Of a stretch of 64,000 nucleotides of DNA, positions 1-11,879 are shown piece after piece; positions within the stretch are counted from its first letter, which is position 1, and every line of letters begins with the position of its first letter. The notes beneath the pieces are model-generated. The model saw only the letters and a program-made list of their open reading frames with translations. It ran no database searches and was not told the DNA's origin. Location of the stretch: the NCBI RefSeq assembly GCF_044704955.1, contig NC_091999.1, forward strand, positions 51,212,001 through 51,276,000, given 5' to 3'. The DNA comes from Pristiophorus japonicus (Eukaryota). The position numbers were made by a program, and so were the translations under genes.

Positions 1-335
1 TTCATGCACAAGTACCCCTAGGTCCTGCTGTACTGCAGCACTTTGCAAACTTTCTCCATTTGAATAATAACTTGCTGTTTGATAGTTTTTCTGCCAAAGT
101 GCATGACCTCACACTTTCCAACATTATACTCCATCTCCCAACTTTTTGCCCACTCACTAAGCCTGTCTATGTCCCTTTGTAGATTTTTTGTGTCCACCTC
201 ACGCCTTCCTTTACCTCCCATCGTTGTATCGTCACCAAACCTGGCAATGTTACACTCAGTCCCTTCTTCCAAGTCGTTAATTTAGATTGTAAATAGTTGG
301 GGTCCCAGCACTGATCCATGTGGCACCTGACTAGT
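1..335 (-). mobile_element. CR1 LINE reverse-transcriptase fragment (degenerate)
   Basis: Minus-strand translation EEGTECNIARFGDDTTMGG...LQRDIDRLSEWAKSWEMEYNVGKCEVMHFG matches the CR1 RT motifs FADDTK and W.M.FNV.KC.VMHFG. Confidence 0.9.
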
Positions 336-339
336 TGCT

Positions 340-1800
340 GCATTTATTATACTAGCAGAATATATTACAAACCAAGATTTGAAAGAGACAGTGGAAATAT
401 TAAAAAGGCGATTATGTACATTTCTAAAGAAAGAAGAGCTACATGAGATATGACGCAAATACAGAAGGTTGAGTTATCATTTCTGCTTTTGAAATATTTT
501 ATTTTGCAAAATTTAGGTAAATTACAGGACAGTTCAACTATATTATTTTCTGCTGTCAGAAATGAACGTGGCCCATTTTCTATGAAGTGATATTGGGATA
601 GGCTTTTATTTTACTCTTTGCCAGTTATACATTGCCAGAGTCCATTCAGTTCCGATATGTGTTTCTATCTAGATTCCATATATTAATACAACGACTAGAA
701 CTTGAATGACAATGCACATGGAAAACTCTTCAGGCTCTTTGTTCTCTCAAAACAACGTTATAATGTCACAGGTTATTTTGGTAGTAATGCACCAGATCGG
801 TTCTGACCGAACCTTTGGTGTAAAAAAATTCCTATCAGTTAAGAAGTCCGCATCAGTATTTTAATTGCTGTCCTGAACAAAAGGCAAATTCTTCAACTGG
901 CCATTTATTTTTGTCTTAACTAATCACTGAGGTAATAATGTTCTGCTGGTCATTATTAGGGATCATGTTAACGTAACTGAAAGATGTATATTCGTGGTGT
1001 TTTTTTTGCGAAATTCTGAGAGCACTCTTAAAAATGCATTATGCTTTGGCGAAATCTAACGGAAATCGTAAACCTTGCTGGTAATAGCAACGATATCCTT
1101 CACACATAATAACCAGATGAAACATCTGTGGGTATTTCATGGAAAGCTTAGGCAATGCTTCTGCCCCCACCAATCCATCAAAAGGATTGGAATAGTCCCC
1201 GCGCTCTTTAAACACAACTACCCTTAGTCAGTACACACTAAGCTTACCTAGAGAGCTACTGTTTAAACTAGGAGTCATGTGCGTCCGAATGACGCTTTGC
1301 GGTGACTCCATCCTGTTGACGCAATTATAATGTGAGTATTCAATGCAGTAAATGTTGAACAAGAATATAATATACTTGGATTGTAGCACTCTCTTGCTAT
1401 TGGTCTGTCAGTAATATTGGACATTGAAGACTCTTTAAATAGACTTGCTGGACTTGTTTCCCTTTCAGTGGTCTTCAGTCACAGAATAATTATAGTGAGT
1501 AGGAAGGATTGCCAGTTATCACCAGCACTTGTTTTTTTCACAATAGCTATATATTGGGTAAAATGGGCTAGTGTCGTTATCGAGAAGGGGATCACAGTCA
1601 GAAACCATTCCTATTGGAGGACAATTTGTTGAATCAGTCAAAAAAGAAATAAAGTTGTTTGTTTTGGAAGTGAAGGTTCTGAGAATTGAATAAGTTGCCA
1701 CATACCGATGCAAAGCTTAGAGATGGGTAGGTAAATCTCAATGAGCAGACAGCGGACTCTGCCGTCGAAAATATATCAACACAGCTGTGGCTGGATTGAT
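340..1800 (+). mobile_element. Highly decayed L1-clade LINE ORF2 (RT) remnant
   Basis: ORF 1417-1632 has LDIEDSLNRL (cf. LDAEKAFDRL) then SRKDCQLSPALVFFTIAI (cf. TRQGCPLSPLLFA.AIEPL). Near 865-930, IAVLNKRQ resembles I..I.KKGKD..YRPISL. AT-rich and heavily frameshifted. Confidence 0.5.
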
Positions 1801-1810
1801 CCATCCCAAA

Positions 1811-2298
1811 AAATAAGAAATAGGAGCAGGAGTAGGTCATACGGCCCCTCGAGCCTGTTCCAGCATTCAATAAGATCATGGTGGTTTTATGACCTCGACT
1901 TCACTTTCCCGCCCTATCCCCAAAACATTTAACTCACTTAGTGCCCAAAAATCTATCTATCTCTGTCTTGAATATACTCCACGGCTGGGTATTCACAGCT
2001 CTCTCAGGTAGAGAATTCAAAAGATTCGCAACCCTGTGAATGAGGAAATTTCTCCTCATCTCTATCCTGAATGGCATATCCAAAGACGATGAACTCTAGT
2101 TCTAGACACATCAGCCAGGGGAAACAGCCTCCAAGGCTCTATTCTGCGAATTTCCTCTACGAATTTCATACATTTTAAGGAGATCATCTCTCATTCTCTA
2201 AAATCCACAGAATATAGGCCCAATCTACTCAATCTCTTCTCATAGGACAACCCTCGCATCCCAGGAATCAATCCCGTGAACATTTGTTGCACCCCTTC
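1811..2298 (-). mobile_element. CR1 LINE 3' end
   Basis: CR1 3' tail read on the plus strand as ataagaaataggagcaggagtagg; minus translation FTGLIPGMRGLSYEKRLSRLGLYSVDFR is the CR1 ORF2 C-terminus. Confidence 0.9.
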
Positions 2299-2301
2299 TT
2301 T

Positions 2302-2702
2302 TGGAGTGTAGTCACTGCTATAATGTACAAAATGCAGCAGCCAGTTTGCATGCAAGCAAACTCCCACAAACAGCAATGTGAAAATGACCAGATAATCTAT
2401 TTTTAGTTACGTTGATTGATGGATAAATATTGGCCAGGACAGCAGGGATAACCCCACCCCGCAAGCCCTTGCTCTTAGTCGAAATATTGTCATGGGACCT
2501 TTCATGTCCAGAGGAACGAGCAGATGGGGCCTCGGTTTAATATCCCATCTGAAAAACGGCACCGTCGAAAGTGCAGCGCTCCCTCAGCACTGCACTGGAC
2601 TCTCAGCCTAGATTCATGTGCTCAAGTCTCTGAAGTGGGATTCTGAACCCACGACCTTCTCACACAGAAGCGAGAGCACTAGCACTGAGCCACAGCTGAC
2701 AC
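2302..2702 (-). mobile_element. tRNA-derived Deu-domain SINE (SacSINE1/AmnSINE1-like), near full length
   Basis: Minus strand starts GTCAGCTGTGGCTCAGTGCTAGTG (A box) ... GGGTTCAGAATCCCAC (B box), followed by GAGACTTGAGCAC and TTTCAGATGGGATATTAAACCGAGGCCCC, resembling the recalled SacSINE1/Deu consensus. Confidence 0.8.
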
Positions 2703-3039
2703 TGAGAACAGACGTCCGACTTCGTTTATGAAATCGGATTTTTATAAATCCCGGGGGTTATTTATGGTGGACATTTTGAAATCTTCTCGAAAAAAGATAG
2801 GGGCCTTCGGATCTCCGTTTGTGAACCCCTGGTCTAATCAAATTTCGATACGAGTTTAGCATATCTTCTCACGTTTTTAATTATATCCATCTAGAAACAA
2901 GCCCTTTTTTTATTTTCATAGCCATATTAACCTGCTGTGCTACTTTGAGTGATTTATGTATTTGTACTCCTAGATTCCTTTAGTTTCTTATTATTTTTCA
3001 AATGAATGCGAGGTTTTTAGAATTGAGCAAAGGATGACC

Positions 3040-4240
3040 AAGACATTGTCAAAGAGAGCAAAAAGAGAACGAGGGTAAATTAATAAGACACATGAAACGG
3101 ATTGCAGAAGCTTCTATATTTATGTAAAATAAAGAGATTAACGAAAGTAAAGGTGGGTCCCTTACAGGCAGGGAGAGAAGAAACTATAATAGGGAATAAG
3201 GAAATGGCAGATACACTAAGCGAATACTTTGTATCTGTCTTCATGGATGAATCAAAAAACATTGCAGAAATAACGAGGAACCAAGGGTCAAGTGAGAATG
3301 AGCAACTTAAAGGAATTAATATTAGTAAAGCAATTGTACTGGAGAAATGAATGTAACTAAAAAAAGACTAATGCCCTGCACTTGATTGCATACATCCTAA
3401 CATTTTAATGGTTGTGGTTACAGAGACAGTGGATTCATTGGTTTTGATCTTCATGTATTTCCAGATTCCAGAACTGTCCCCGCGGATTGGTAGGTAACAA
3501 ATATAACCTGCCTATTCAAGAAAGGAGTGAGGGAGAAAAGAAGCTGCTCGAGATCAGGTAGCAATCGACATCGTACCATACAAGAGGTTGTTACACAAAA
3601 TTAGAGCATGAATTGCTGATAGTTAACATTTAGGTATAGCAGGAAATAAGAAAAGCAAATTGTATGTTAGCCTTTATTACAAAAGTATTAGAGTAAAGGA
3701 GTCATACTGCAATTATATAGGGCCTTATTGAGACCATACCTGGAGTACGATCCTTTGATGAACAGCTGTGATCTCCTTAGCTAAGGAAGGATTGACTTGC
3801 CTTAGACGGAGGACAGCGCAAGTTCACTGGACTGATTTTTGGAATGGGGAAACATCCTATGAAGAATGATTGAGTAGACTTGGCCTATATTCCCTACAGT
3901 GATGATTTCATTAAAGTGTATAAAATTCTTAGAGAGCTTGACAGGGTAGCTGCTGGGATGATGTTTCCCCTCGGGACACAATCTCAGATTAAGGGTCGGC
4001 CATTTAGGATTGAAAAAGGAGAAATTTCTTCATGAAATTATTGTGAATCTTGGGATTCTCCTCTCGAGAGGGCTGTAAATGCTAAGTCTTTCAGAATATT
4101 GAAGACAGAGATCGATGGATATTTTTATACTAAGGGAGCCAAGGGATATTGGAATCGTGCGGGAAGGCAGAGTTGAGGTAAAAGAGCAAGCTCAAAGGGC
4201 CGAATGACCTACTCCTGCTTCATATTTCTCATGTTCTTAT
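3040..4240 (+). mobile_element. CR1 LINE ORF2 fragment with internal deletions and 3' tail
   Basis: KRLTKVKVGPLQAGREETIIGNKEMADTLSEYFVSVF is CR1 ORF2; ends with gaatgacctactcctgcttcatatttctcatgttcttatg. Confidence 0.85.
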
Positions 4241-4249
4241 GAAATATAA

Positions 4250-4625
4250 GACCTCCTTATTTTTCCTACCAAAATGCCTCGCACTTTTGTGTTGAATTTC
4301 ATTTGCCAATAATCTGCCCATTTTGCAAGTTAATGAATGTATTCTTGTAACGTGTCGCAGTCCTTCTCAATATTCACTGTTCGCCGCGCCCCCCCCCCCC
4401 ATCCCCCACCTCCGCCCACTTTTTGGGTTCCATCCTCAAACTTAGAAATTGTGTTTTTGATTCCAAATTATACATCGTTAATATTAATTGGGAACAACAG
4501 CAGTCATAGTACTGATCCTTGTGATCCCCACTTTCCACCTACTGCCACTCTGAATAGCTACACTTTAAACCTACTACCTGTTTCCTGTCTTGAACCAAGC
4601 TAGCGATCCATTCTGCCACTTGTCC
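4250..4625 (-). mobile_element. CR1 LINE RT fragment
   Basis: Inverted similarity to the CR1 at 13350-13700 (aaccaagctagcgatccattctgccacttgtccctca vs tgaggggacaagtagcagaacagaatggattgctagctgg). Confidence 0.7.
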
Positions 4626-4740
4626 CTCATTGTGGCGAATTGCATAGATGCATTTAAGTGGAAGATGCATACGAACATGAGGGAAAAATGGAGAATCGTA
4701 TATACTGATAGATTAAAAGCTGGCATGAAGTGTTGGTGCG

Positions 4741-4864
4741 AAAGCAGACGGGGCGGAGATGGGCGCTCTGTCAGTTTAACTTACATGGGCGAATGCGCCG
4801 CTAATGCCCAGCACCCGGAATGAAACCTCAGGGAAATGCCGTCGGATTAATCTGCAGCCGAGAG
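4741..4864 (+). repeat. Left copy of a ~120-bp diverged inverted repeat
   Basis: Aligns with the reverse complement of 7813-7928: 27/38 ungapped matches at the outer end, and cccagcacccggaatgaaacctcagggaaa vs ctcagcacccgaagggagacctctgggaaa. Confidence 0.7.
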
Positions 4865-4872
4865 CTTTGCTT

Positions 4873-7222
4873 CGGTGCTGCAGACTCTCTGTAACTCTGT
4901 GTGAGGTGATGTCTGAAGGAGAAGGGCGGCACTGCAGACTCTCTGTAACTCGGTGTAAGGTGTTGTATGAAGGAGAAGGGCGGCACTGCAGACTCTCTGT
5001 AATACTGTGTAAGGTGATGTATGAAGGAGAAGGGCGGCACTGCAGATTCTCTGTAACTCGGTGTAAGTTGATGTGGGAAGGAGAAGGGCGGTATAGCAGA
5101 CTCTCTGTAATTCGGTGTAAGATGTTGTGTGAAGGAGAAGGGCGGCACCGCAGACTCTCTGTAACTCGGTGTAAGGGGTTGTATGAAGGAGAAGGGTGGT
5201 GCTGCAGACTCTCTGTAATACTGTGTAAGGTGTTGTATGAAGGAGAAGGGTGGTGCTGCAGACTCTCTGTAACTCTGTGTAAGATGTTGTATGAAGGAGA
5301 AGGGTGGCACTGCAGACTCTCTGTAATACTGTGTAAGGTGTTGTATGAAGGAGAAGGGCGGCACTGCAGACTCTCTGTAATACTGTGTAAGGTGTTGTGT
5401 GAAGGAGAAGGGCGGCACTGCAGACTCTCTGTAATACTGTGTAAGGTTTTCTATGAAGGAGAAGGGCGGCACTGCAGACTCTCTGTAATACTGTGTAAGG
5501 TCTTGTATGAAGGAGAAGGGCGGTGTAGCAGACTTTCTGTAAATCTGTGTAAGGTGTTGTATGAAGGAGGGCGGTGTAGCAGACTCTCTGTAATTCTGTG
5601 TAAGATGATGTATGAAGGAGAAGGGTGGCACTGCAGACTCTCTGTAACTCTGTGTAAGGTGATGTATGAAGGAGAAGGGCGGCACTGCAGACTCTCTGTA
5701 ACTCGGTGTAAGGTGTTGTGTGAAGGAGAAGGGTGGTGCTGCAGACTCTCTGTAACTCGGTGTAAGGTGTTGTATGAAGGAGAAGGGTGGCACTGCAGAC
5801 TCTCTGTAACTCTGTGTAAGGTGTTGTATGAAGGAGAAGGGCGGCACTGCAGACTCTCTGTAACTCGGTGTAAGGTGTTGTATGAAGGAGAAGGGTGGCG
5901 CTGCAGACTCTCTGTAACTCTGTGTAAGGTGTTGTATGAAGGAGAAGGGTGGCACTGCAGACTCTCTGTAACTCGGTGTAAGATGTTGTATGAAGGAGAA
6001 GGGTGATGCTGCAGACTCTCTGTAACTCTGTGTAAGGTGTTGTATGAAGGAGAAGGGCGGCACTGCAGATTTTCTGTAACTCGGTGTAAGGTTTATGTAT
6101 GAAGGAGAAGGGTGGTGCTGCAGACTCTCTGTAACTCGGTGTAAGGTGTTGTATGAAGGAGAAGGGCGGCACTGCAGACTCTCTGTAACTTCTGTCTAAG
6201 GTGTTGTATGAAGGAGAAGGGCGGCACTGCAGACTCTCCGTAACTCTGTTTAAGGTGTTGTATGAAGGACAAGGGCGGCACTGCAGATTCTCTGTAACTC
6301 GGTGTGAGGTGTTGTGTGAAGGAGGAGGGCGGCACTGCAGACTCTCTGTAACTCTGTGTAAGGTGTTGTATGAAGGAGAAGGGCGGTGCTGCGGACTCTC
6401 TGTAACTCGGTGTAAGGTGTTGTTTGAAGGAGAAGGGCGGCACTGCAGACTCTCTGTAACTCTGTGTAAGGTGTTATATGAAGGAGGAGGGCGGCACTGC
6501 AGACTCTCTGTAACTCTGTGTAAGGTGTTATATGAAGGAGAAGGGCGGCACTGCAGACTCTCTGTAACTCTGTGAAAGGTGTTGTATGAAGGAGGAGCGC
6601 GGTGCTGCGTACTCTCTGTAACTCTGTGTAAGGTGTTGTGTGAAGGAGAAGGGTGGTGCTGCAGACTCTGTAACTCTGTGTAAGGTGTTGTATGAAGGAG
6701 AAGGGCGGCACTGCAGACTCTCTGTAACTCTGTGTAAGGTGTTGTGTGAAGGAGAAGGGTCGTGCTGCAGACTCTCTGTAACTCTGTGTAAGGTGTTGTG
6801 TGAAGGAGAAGGGCGTCACTGCAGATTATCTGTAACTCGGTGTGAGGTGTTGTGTGAAGGATGAGGGCGGCACTGCAGACTCCCTGTAACTCTATGTTAG
6901 GTGTTGTATGAAGGAGAAGGGCGGTGCTGCGGACTCTCTGTAACTCGGTGTAAGGTGATGTGTGAAGGAGAAGGGCGGCACTGCAGACTCTCTGTAACTC
7001 TGTGTAAGGTGTTGTATGAAGGAGAAGGGCGGCACTGCAGACTCTCTGTACCTCTGTTTAAGATGTTGTATGAAGGAGAAGGGCGGCACTGCAGACTCTC
7101 TGTAACTCGGTGTGAGGTGTTGTGTGAAGGAGGAGGGCGGCACTGCAGACTCCCTGTAACTCTATGTTAGGTGCTGTATGAAGGAGAAGGGCGGTGCTGC
7201 GGACTTTCTCTAACTCGGTGTG
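4873..7222. repeat. 54-bp minisatellite, ~43 copies
   Basis: Unit TGCAGACTCTCTGTAACTCTGTGTAAGGTGTTGTATGAAGGAGAAGGGCGGCAC; produces the 18-aa periodic ORFs in several frames. Confidence 0.97.
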
Positions 7223-7812
7223 TGTGCTGGAGAAGGGTTGTTTGAAATGCTGATTCTGGGTCGACCACAAACCAAGGCGTGGTCTGCAGGGCAGGTCTGT
7301 GATTTCACGGGAGTTTCACTGCTGCATGACAGCACAAGTACTGCAGTGCCTAGCAACCAACCTAGAAACCAACCTCTCTGAGCGTTCCTTATTATGGGAA
7401 GTGTTTAACTCGGAACTTTTCTGTACAGTGAAAGGTAAGCTGGGTTCAGTGTGTAGAATATGAGAGGGGATCACACACCCTGTACATCTCCACATTGTTC
7501 AGACAAATTTATATAAAGAGACGTTAAATGATTATTAACTCTGTAGTCTGCACACCATGAGCTGCCTTTGTTCAGGATGAGCTGGACATAGTTCATGATT
7601 CACTCTCCCAAATTGTTGTCTTCAAAGGGACTTTTTATTTGTTGAATTTCATTGGGACATAATCTGTCTACGAGAGAACTTCGAATCCCAAACAAGGATA
7701 TTTCCCCATAACGGTGCCTTGCGACTTCTCAGCTTGAACGCCGCTGGAACAACTAGTGGGAGGGTTTCTAAATAACCAAAACCACCGAACTTTGAGCCTT
7801 TTAAAACCTCCC

Positions 7813-7928
7813 TCCCTGGCTGCAGGTTGGTCTGAGGACTTTCCCAGAGGTCTCCCTTCGGGTGCTGAGGGCTGAGTGGCCCGCAGACTGTAAACGGATA
7901 GATCGATCTTCTCTGCGCCGCCCGTTTT
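7813..7928 (-). repeat. Right copy of the ~120-bp diverged inverted repeat
   Basis: Reverse complement aligns with 4741-4864. Confidence 0.7.
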
Positions 7929-8189
7929 TGGTAATCAGGTGAAACTCGAGCCTCGTGGGCGGGAGCTTCATAAACCCGCTCAAGCCCCTATCAGAGCACA
8001 GAACGGGGATAAAAAACATCAGGAATCCAGTGGGATTGAGCTCTGCAGACTTCGCACCTCTATCGTTCCCGTTAGTCTCCGAATCCGGGCGGTGAAAGAG
8101 GAAAACTGGCCTCACTGTGCATGTATCACAGAGGTGAGGGGATTGCGAAGAACACAAGCCCAACACGTTGTAATGGTGCAAAATCTCAT

Positions 8190-9414
8190 TATTTAACGAA
8201 TTAACGATTACACTCAACAAATATTTCACCACATTCTTCAACTCCTCTCTGAATTTAGTCTGGGTCACTGCATATATACATGTGTTGGTGCAGCAACATA
8301 GGAGCCGAAGCATAAATCCAAGTTCCTATACATATTGAAGCAGATACACAAAAATATAACGTAACCGATACAATCGGCTACACACAGAATACAACAGAAG
8401 CACTGTCCATAGAAGGGTAAAATTCCCGGACATAATAAAAACTAAAATGATGGATTTCCTCCGCTTCTCCATCTCTGGGTCACTGGGACTCTCCCCACTG
8501 CTGTGGGTCCGGGGTCTCGTGCGGGCTCTGCTCCACACTAAAACCTGTCTGACAGTTATAGCATTGAGCAGCAGAATCAGAATGATTGGGATAAATGGGG
8601 TTAAAATATAATGAAGGAATTCAATTACTGCCCATGCAGGTGACTCAGCAACAGCCAATGATACAAAACAAAACCAGGGAGAATTAGAAATCCAATAACC
8701 ACCTCCATACATAAAGTACCATAAGGTGTTCTTCGCACGGAGCAGCGCACCCACTGTTCCCACAAGCACCTCCATATATAAATACCAGAAAGTGTTCTTC
8801 ACACAGAGTAGGACACTCACTGGTCCCACAAGCACCTCCATACATAAATACCAAAAAGTGTTCTTTACACAGAACAGCGCACTCACTGTTCCAACAAGCA
8901 CCTCCATACATAAAGTCCAGAAAGTGTTCTTCACACAGAGTAGGACACTCACTGTTCCCACAAGCACCTCCATACATAAATACCAGAAAGTGTTCTTCAC
9001 ACAGAACAGCGCACTCAATGTTCCCACAACAAGCTCCATAAATAAAGTAGTGGAAAGTGTTCTTCACACAGAGCAGCACACTTACTGTTCCCACAAGTAC
9101 ATTCACCGTTTTCTCAGCGCAATATTTTTTTTCAGCTCTTGGCAACAAATGGCTACAAATCGATCAAAGGTGAAAGTGACTGAACCAGAGAGAACAGTCT
9201 GAGACTGAGTGAAGCAGTACGGCGTGGATATTACACACTTTAATCTTCCTCATGAACTGAAACCGAGCTCTATAAAGAATAGGAATTTGCCGGAATATGA
9301 GATCAGTGACCACGACCAGTACATTCGCGGCTGCCATGGACACCAGGTAACGGGTGACACAGTTTGAGAGACTGCAACTTCCTCAAGACAGGATCACTAT
9401 CGTCACCAAGTTCA
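8190..9414 (-). pseudogene. Rhodopsin-class GPCR pseudogene, GPR139/GPR142-like family expanded in elasmobranchs (main coding exon, TM1 end to TM7)
   Basis: Acceptor ctcttccttaaag| at 9416-9415, then NLVTIVILS*GSCSLSNCVTRYLVSMAAA...SDCSLWF/VTFTFDRFVAICCQ/KYCAEKT...ILTPFIPIILILLLNAITVR...DPEMEKRRKSIIL...*ELGFMLRLLCCCTNTCIYAVTQTKFREELKN. Stops at 9383-9385 and 8326-8328; frameshifts near 9180, 9125 and 9040. Exon 1 not found. Confidence 0.88.
8705..9105. repeat. 66-bp intragenic tandem repeat (six copies of GPCR TM4)
   Basis: gtgttctt recurs at 8726, 8792, 8858, 8924, 8990 and 9057; the unit encodes MEVLVGTVSVLLCVKNTFWYLC on the minus strand. Confidence 0.95.
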
Positions 9415-10069
9415 CTTTAAGGAAGAGTAAAGCAGGGAGATTATAGTTAAGACTGAGAGCAACAGCACCTGTCTGATAGAACTCTGGGTACTTTATCTTT
9501 GATAGACCTTTCTGCTGGAGAGAGGGTTTATAGTAAAACACCGCCCGGGTGTAGCAGGAAACCAGCTCCAATTCCCGACCTATACGGGGTTAGCAGTTGG
9601 ATTCTGCAATGTCCTCAATGACCTTGGATGAATAGTGAAAATAACCTAGAGTTTCTCGTACTGATCACACTCCTATGACCCTGTTAGAAACAGCGCATGT
9701 TCACATTTAGGGTATGCATCGATGGGCTGGGCTGTGTATCCATTCGAAGGAAAATGGTGCATTTTTAAAAATCGGTGGAATATCACTGATCGTTTTTTGA
9801 AAGAAACAACGAATTTCTTGCATTCCAAAGCGGTTTACATCTGATGAATGAGATTTGAAGTGTGGAACTTACATAAGGAAATCCTTCCATTGGATCCTAA
9901 TTGCGGACAGATACACTATTAGAGGATAGGAACATTCACCAATTAATTAAACAAAATCATGGAAACCAACATTGAATCCGAGCAGGACACTGGACAATAT
10001 CCAGGAGCACCAGAGTGTGAGTAGCGCCACCCTCAGGGACAGTCTCGAAAGCAGTGGGACAATGAACTA

Positions 10070-10480
10070 ATGGTTCGGACTGAATTATCCAGTGAATTGG
10101 AGGGGTAGGTGTTCGGACATGACTGAATGGACCAGTGGATGGGACGGGTTGGTGGTGGGACATAACTGAATGGACCAGTGGATGGGACGGTTGGGTGCTG
10201 GGACATGACTGAATGGACCCTGGATGGAACGGGTGGGTGTTGGAACATGACTGAATGGACCAGTGGATGGGACGGGTTGGTGTTAGAAGATGACTGAATG
10301 GACCCTGGATGGGACGGGTGGGTGTTGGAACATGACTAAATGGACCAGTGCATGGGACGGGTGCTTGATGGTCAGGTCAGAATGTACCAGTGGATGGGAC
10401 GGGTGAATGTTGGGATATGACTGAATGCTCCAATGGATGGGACGGATTGGTGTTGGGCAGGACTGAATGAATCAAAGGAC
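10070..10480. repeat. 42-43-bp minisatellite, ~9-10 copies
   Basis: Unit approximately GACTGAATGGACCAGTGGATGGGACGGGTTGGTGTTGGGACAT, starting at 10121, 10164, 10207, 10249 and onward. Confidence 0.92.
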
Positions 10481-10639
10481 TGGACTTTTGGCAGTGGGGA
10501 AAACACGATGAGTCAAAGGACACCAGTGCCACCATAAATCATGACAATAAAAAAAACTTCAAGCGTGGAGGAGAGACAATATGTTTAATAAACTAATACT
10601 GCAAATAATCAATAAAAAATAATGAATCAGTCGGTAATT

Positions 10640-11078
10640 TATTTCACAGAAACTTGCATTACAGAGTGGATCGAACAAGAGGTAAAAACATAAAAATGTG
10701 AATTGGATGCCAAGCCAAAGATTGAGAGAACAGGGAGAGTGACTAAAAACTTGAGCTTAAAGGAGGAGAGGCAGGTGGAGAGGAAGAATGATTTCGGGAG
10801 GACATTCCAGAACGTGAGATCTTGACGATTGAATTAATGATCACCGCTAGTGGAGCAAAGGGAGAGGAGTGTGGACAAGAGGTTGTAAACACGGGAAGAC
10901 CATTGGAGCAGCGGGAGAGGGTGAACAGAGTTACAGGAATGATCAGCACGCAGTGGGCGAGGATCCTGTTAGACTGGATGAAGTTAGCGACATAATGACC
11001 GGAAATACCATGAAGGTATTTAAACAGAAGAATGAGGAGTTTTAATTTGAGGATTTGGGGCACGTGGAGCCAATGCTC
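10640..11078 (-). mobile_element. L2 LINE 3' fragment
   Basis: HWLHVPQILKLKLLILLFKYLHG resembles the L2 C-terminal LHWLPV..RI.FK.L.L.FK.LHG; similar to 14560-14890. Confidence 0.7.
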
Positions 11079-11099
11079 CACGGTTGGCGGTACACTGAT

Positions 11100-11530
11100 A
11101 GCGGCACTTGGTGTACAGATGGCGTATATCTATATACTGCTGGGTGGGCTGCCCCTGATAGTTCTCAGTATCGGATATGGAGCCCATAGCGTCTCAAGAC
11201 TTCAGGTGAAACTAGGTGAAAGGAACCTGCTGCCGATCATTAACTTCCGTCCCCTCAACTGATGAAATTAACTTGGAAGTTTCTCTCAGGGAAGAAAATC
11301 GCAGAATGCAATCTGGTTGCGGATTTGCAAGTCCAAAACTATGACCCGGGACTACACCACTGGTCGAGCTGAGGGATTCCTGAAGGAAAGGCCTGCCTGA
11401 CTGGGCTTCAGTTGTTGGCAATGGAACCATAACAAGGGAATCACCTATTGAGCTTGTCTTCACCAAACTACTTGTCACAAACACGGCTAGGTACAGTACA
11501 GTTAATAGAAATAATGGCCACACAATCCTT
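11100..11530 (-). other. Possible decayed exon of an unidentified secreted-type protein
   Basis: Non-repetitive 103-codon frame with a signal-peptide-like start (WPLFLLTVLYLAVFVTSS), preceded by a candidate acceptor (tgttgttttcacaag). No ATG; stops at 11212 and further downstream. Confidence 0.25.
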
Positions 11531-11879
11531 GTGAAAACAACATTTCATCTCCACCGTGTGGACCTCCCCATCATGCAGTGTGATGGGACATCCAGGTTCA
11601 GAGAGAGAGATCAGTAACCCCACAATAGGCATCCTCCGGGGTCAGGGCATCAGATCAGTGACCCCAAAATGAACCTGCACCGGGTGTTTTGAATCACCAT
11701 TTCTGTAACCTGATGATCTGACACATCCCCCACGCCATGATCGCCCTCGTGCCAGGAAAATAAAAATAAAAACAGAAAATGGCCGAACCACTCAGCAGGT
11801 AAGGCTGTATCTGTAAGATGAAGTTAACGATTCAGGCCAATGTCCTTTCCTCAAAATCGAGCGATGAGACCAATCTTAG

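Noticed and set aside
4804-6172. 400-441-aa ORFs on both strands
   Set aside because: They arise from the 54-bp (multiple of 3) minisatellite, are open in several frames at once and have no domain or splice context.
4873-7222. CRISPR-like regular array
   Set aside because: Units are contiguous with no unique spacers, there are no cas genes, and the context is vertebrate.
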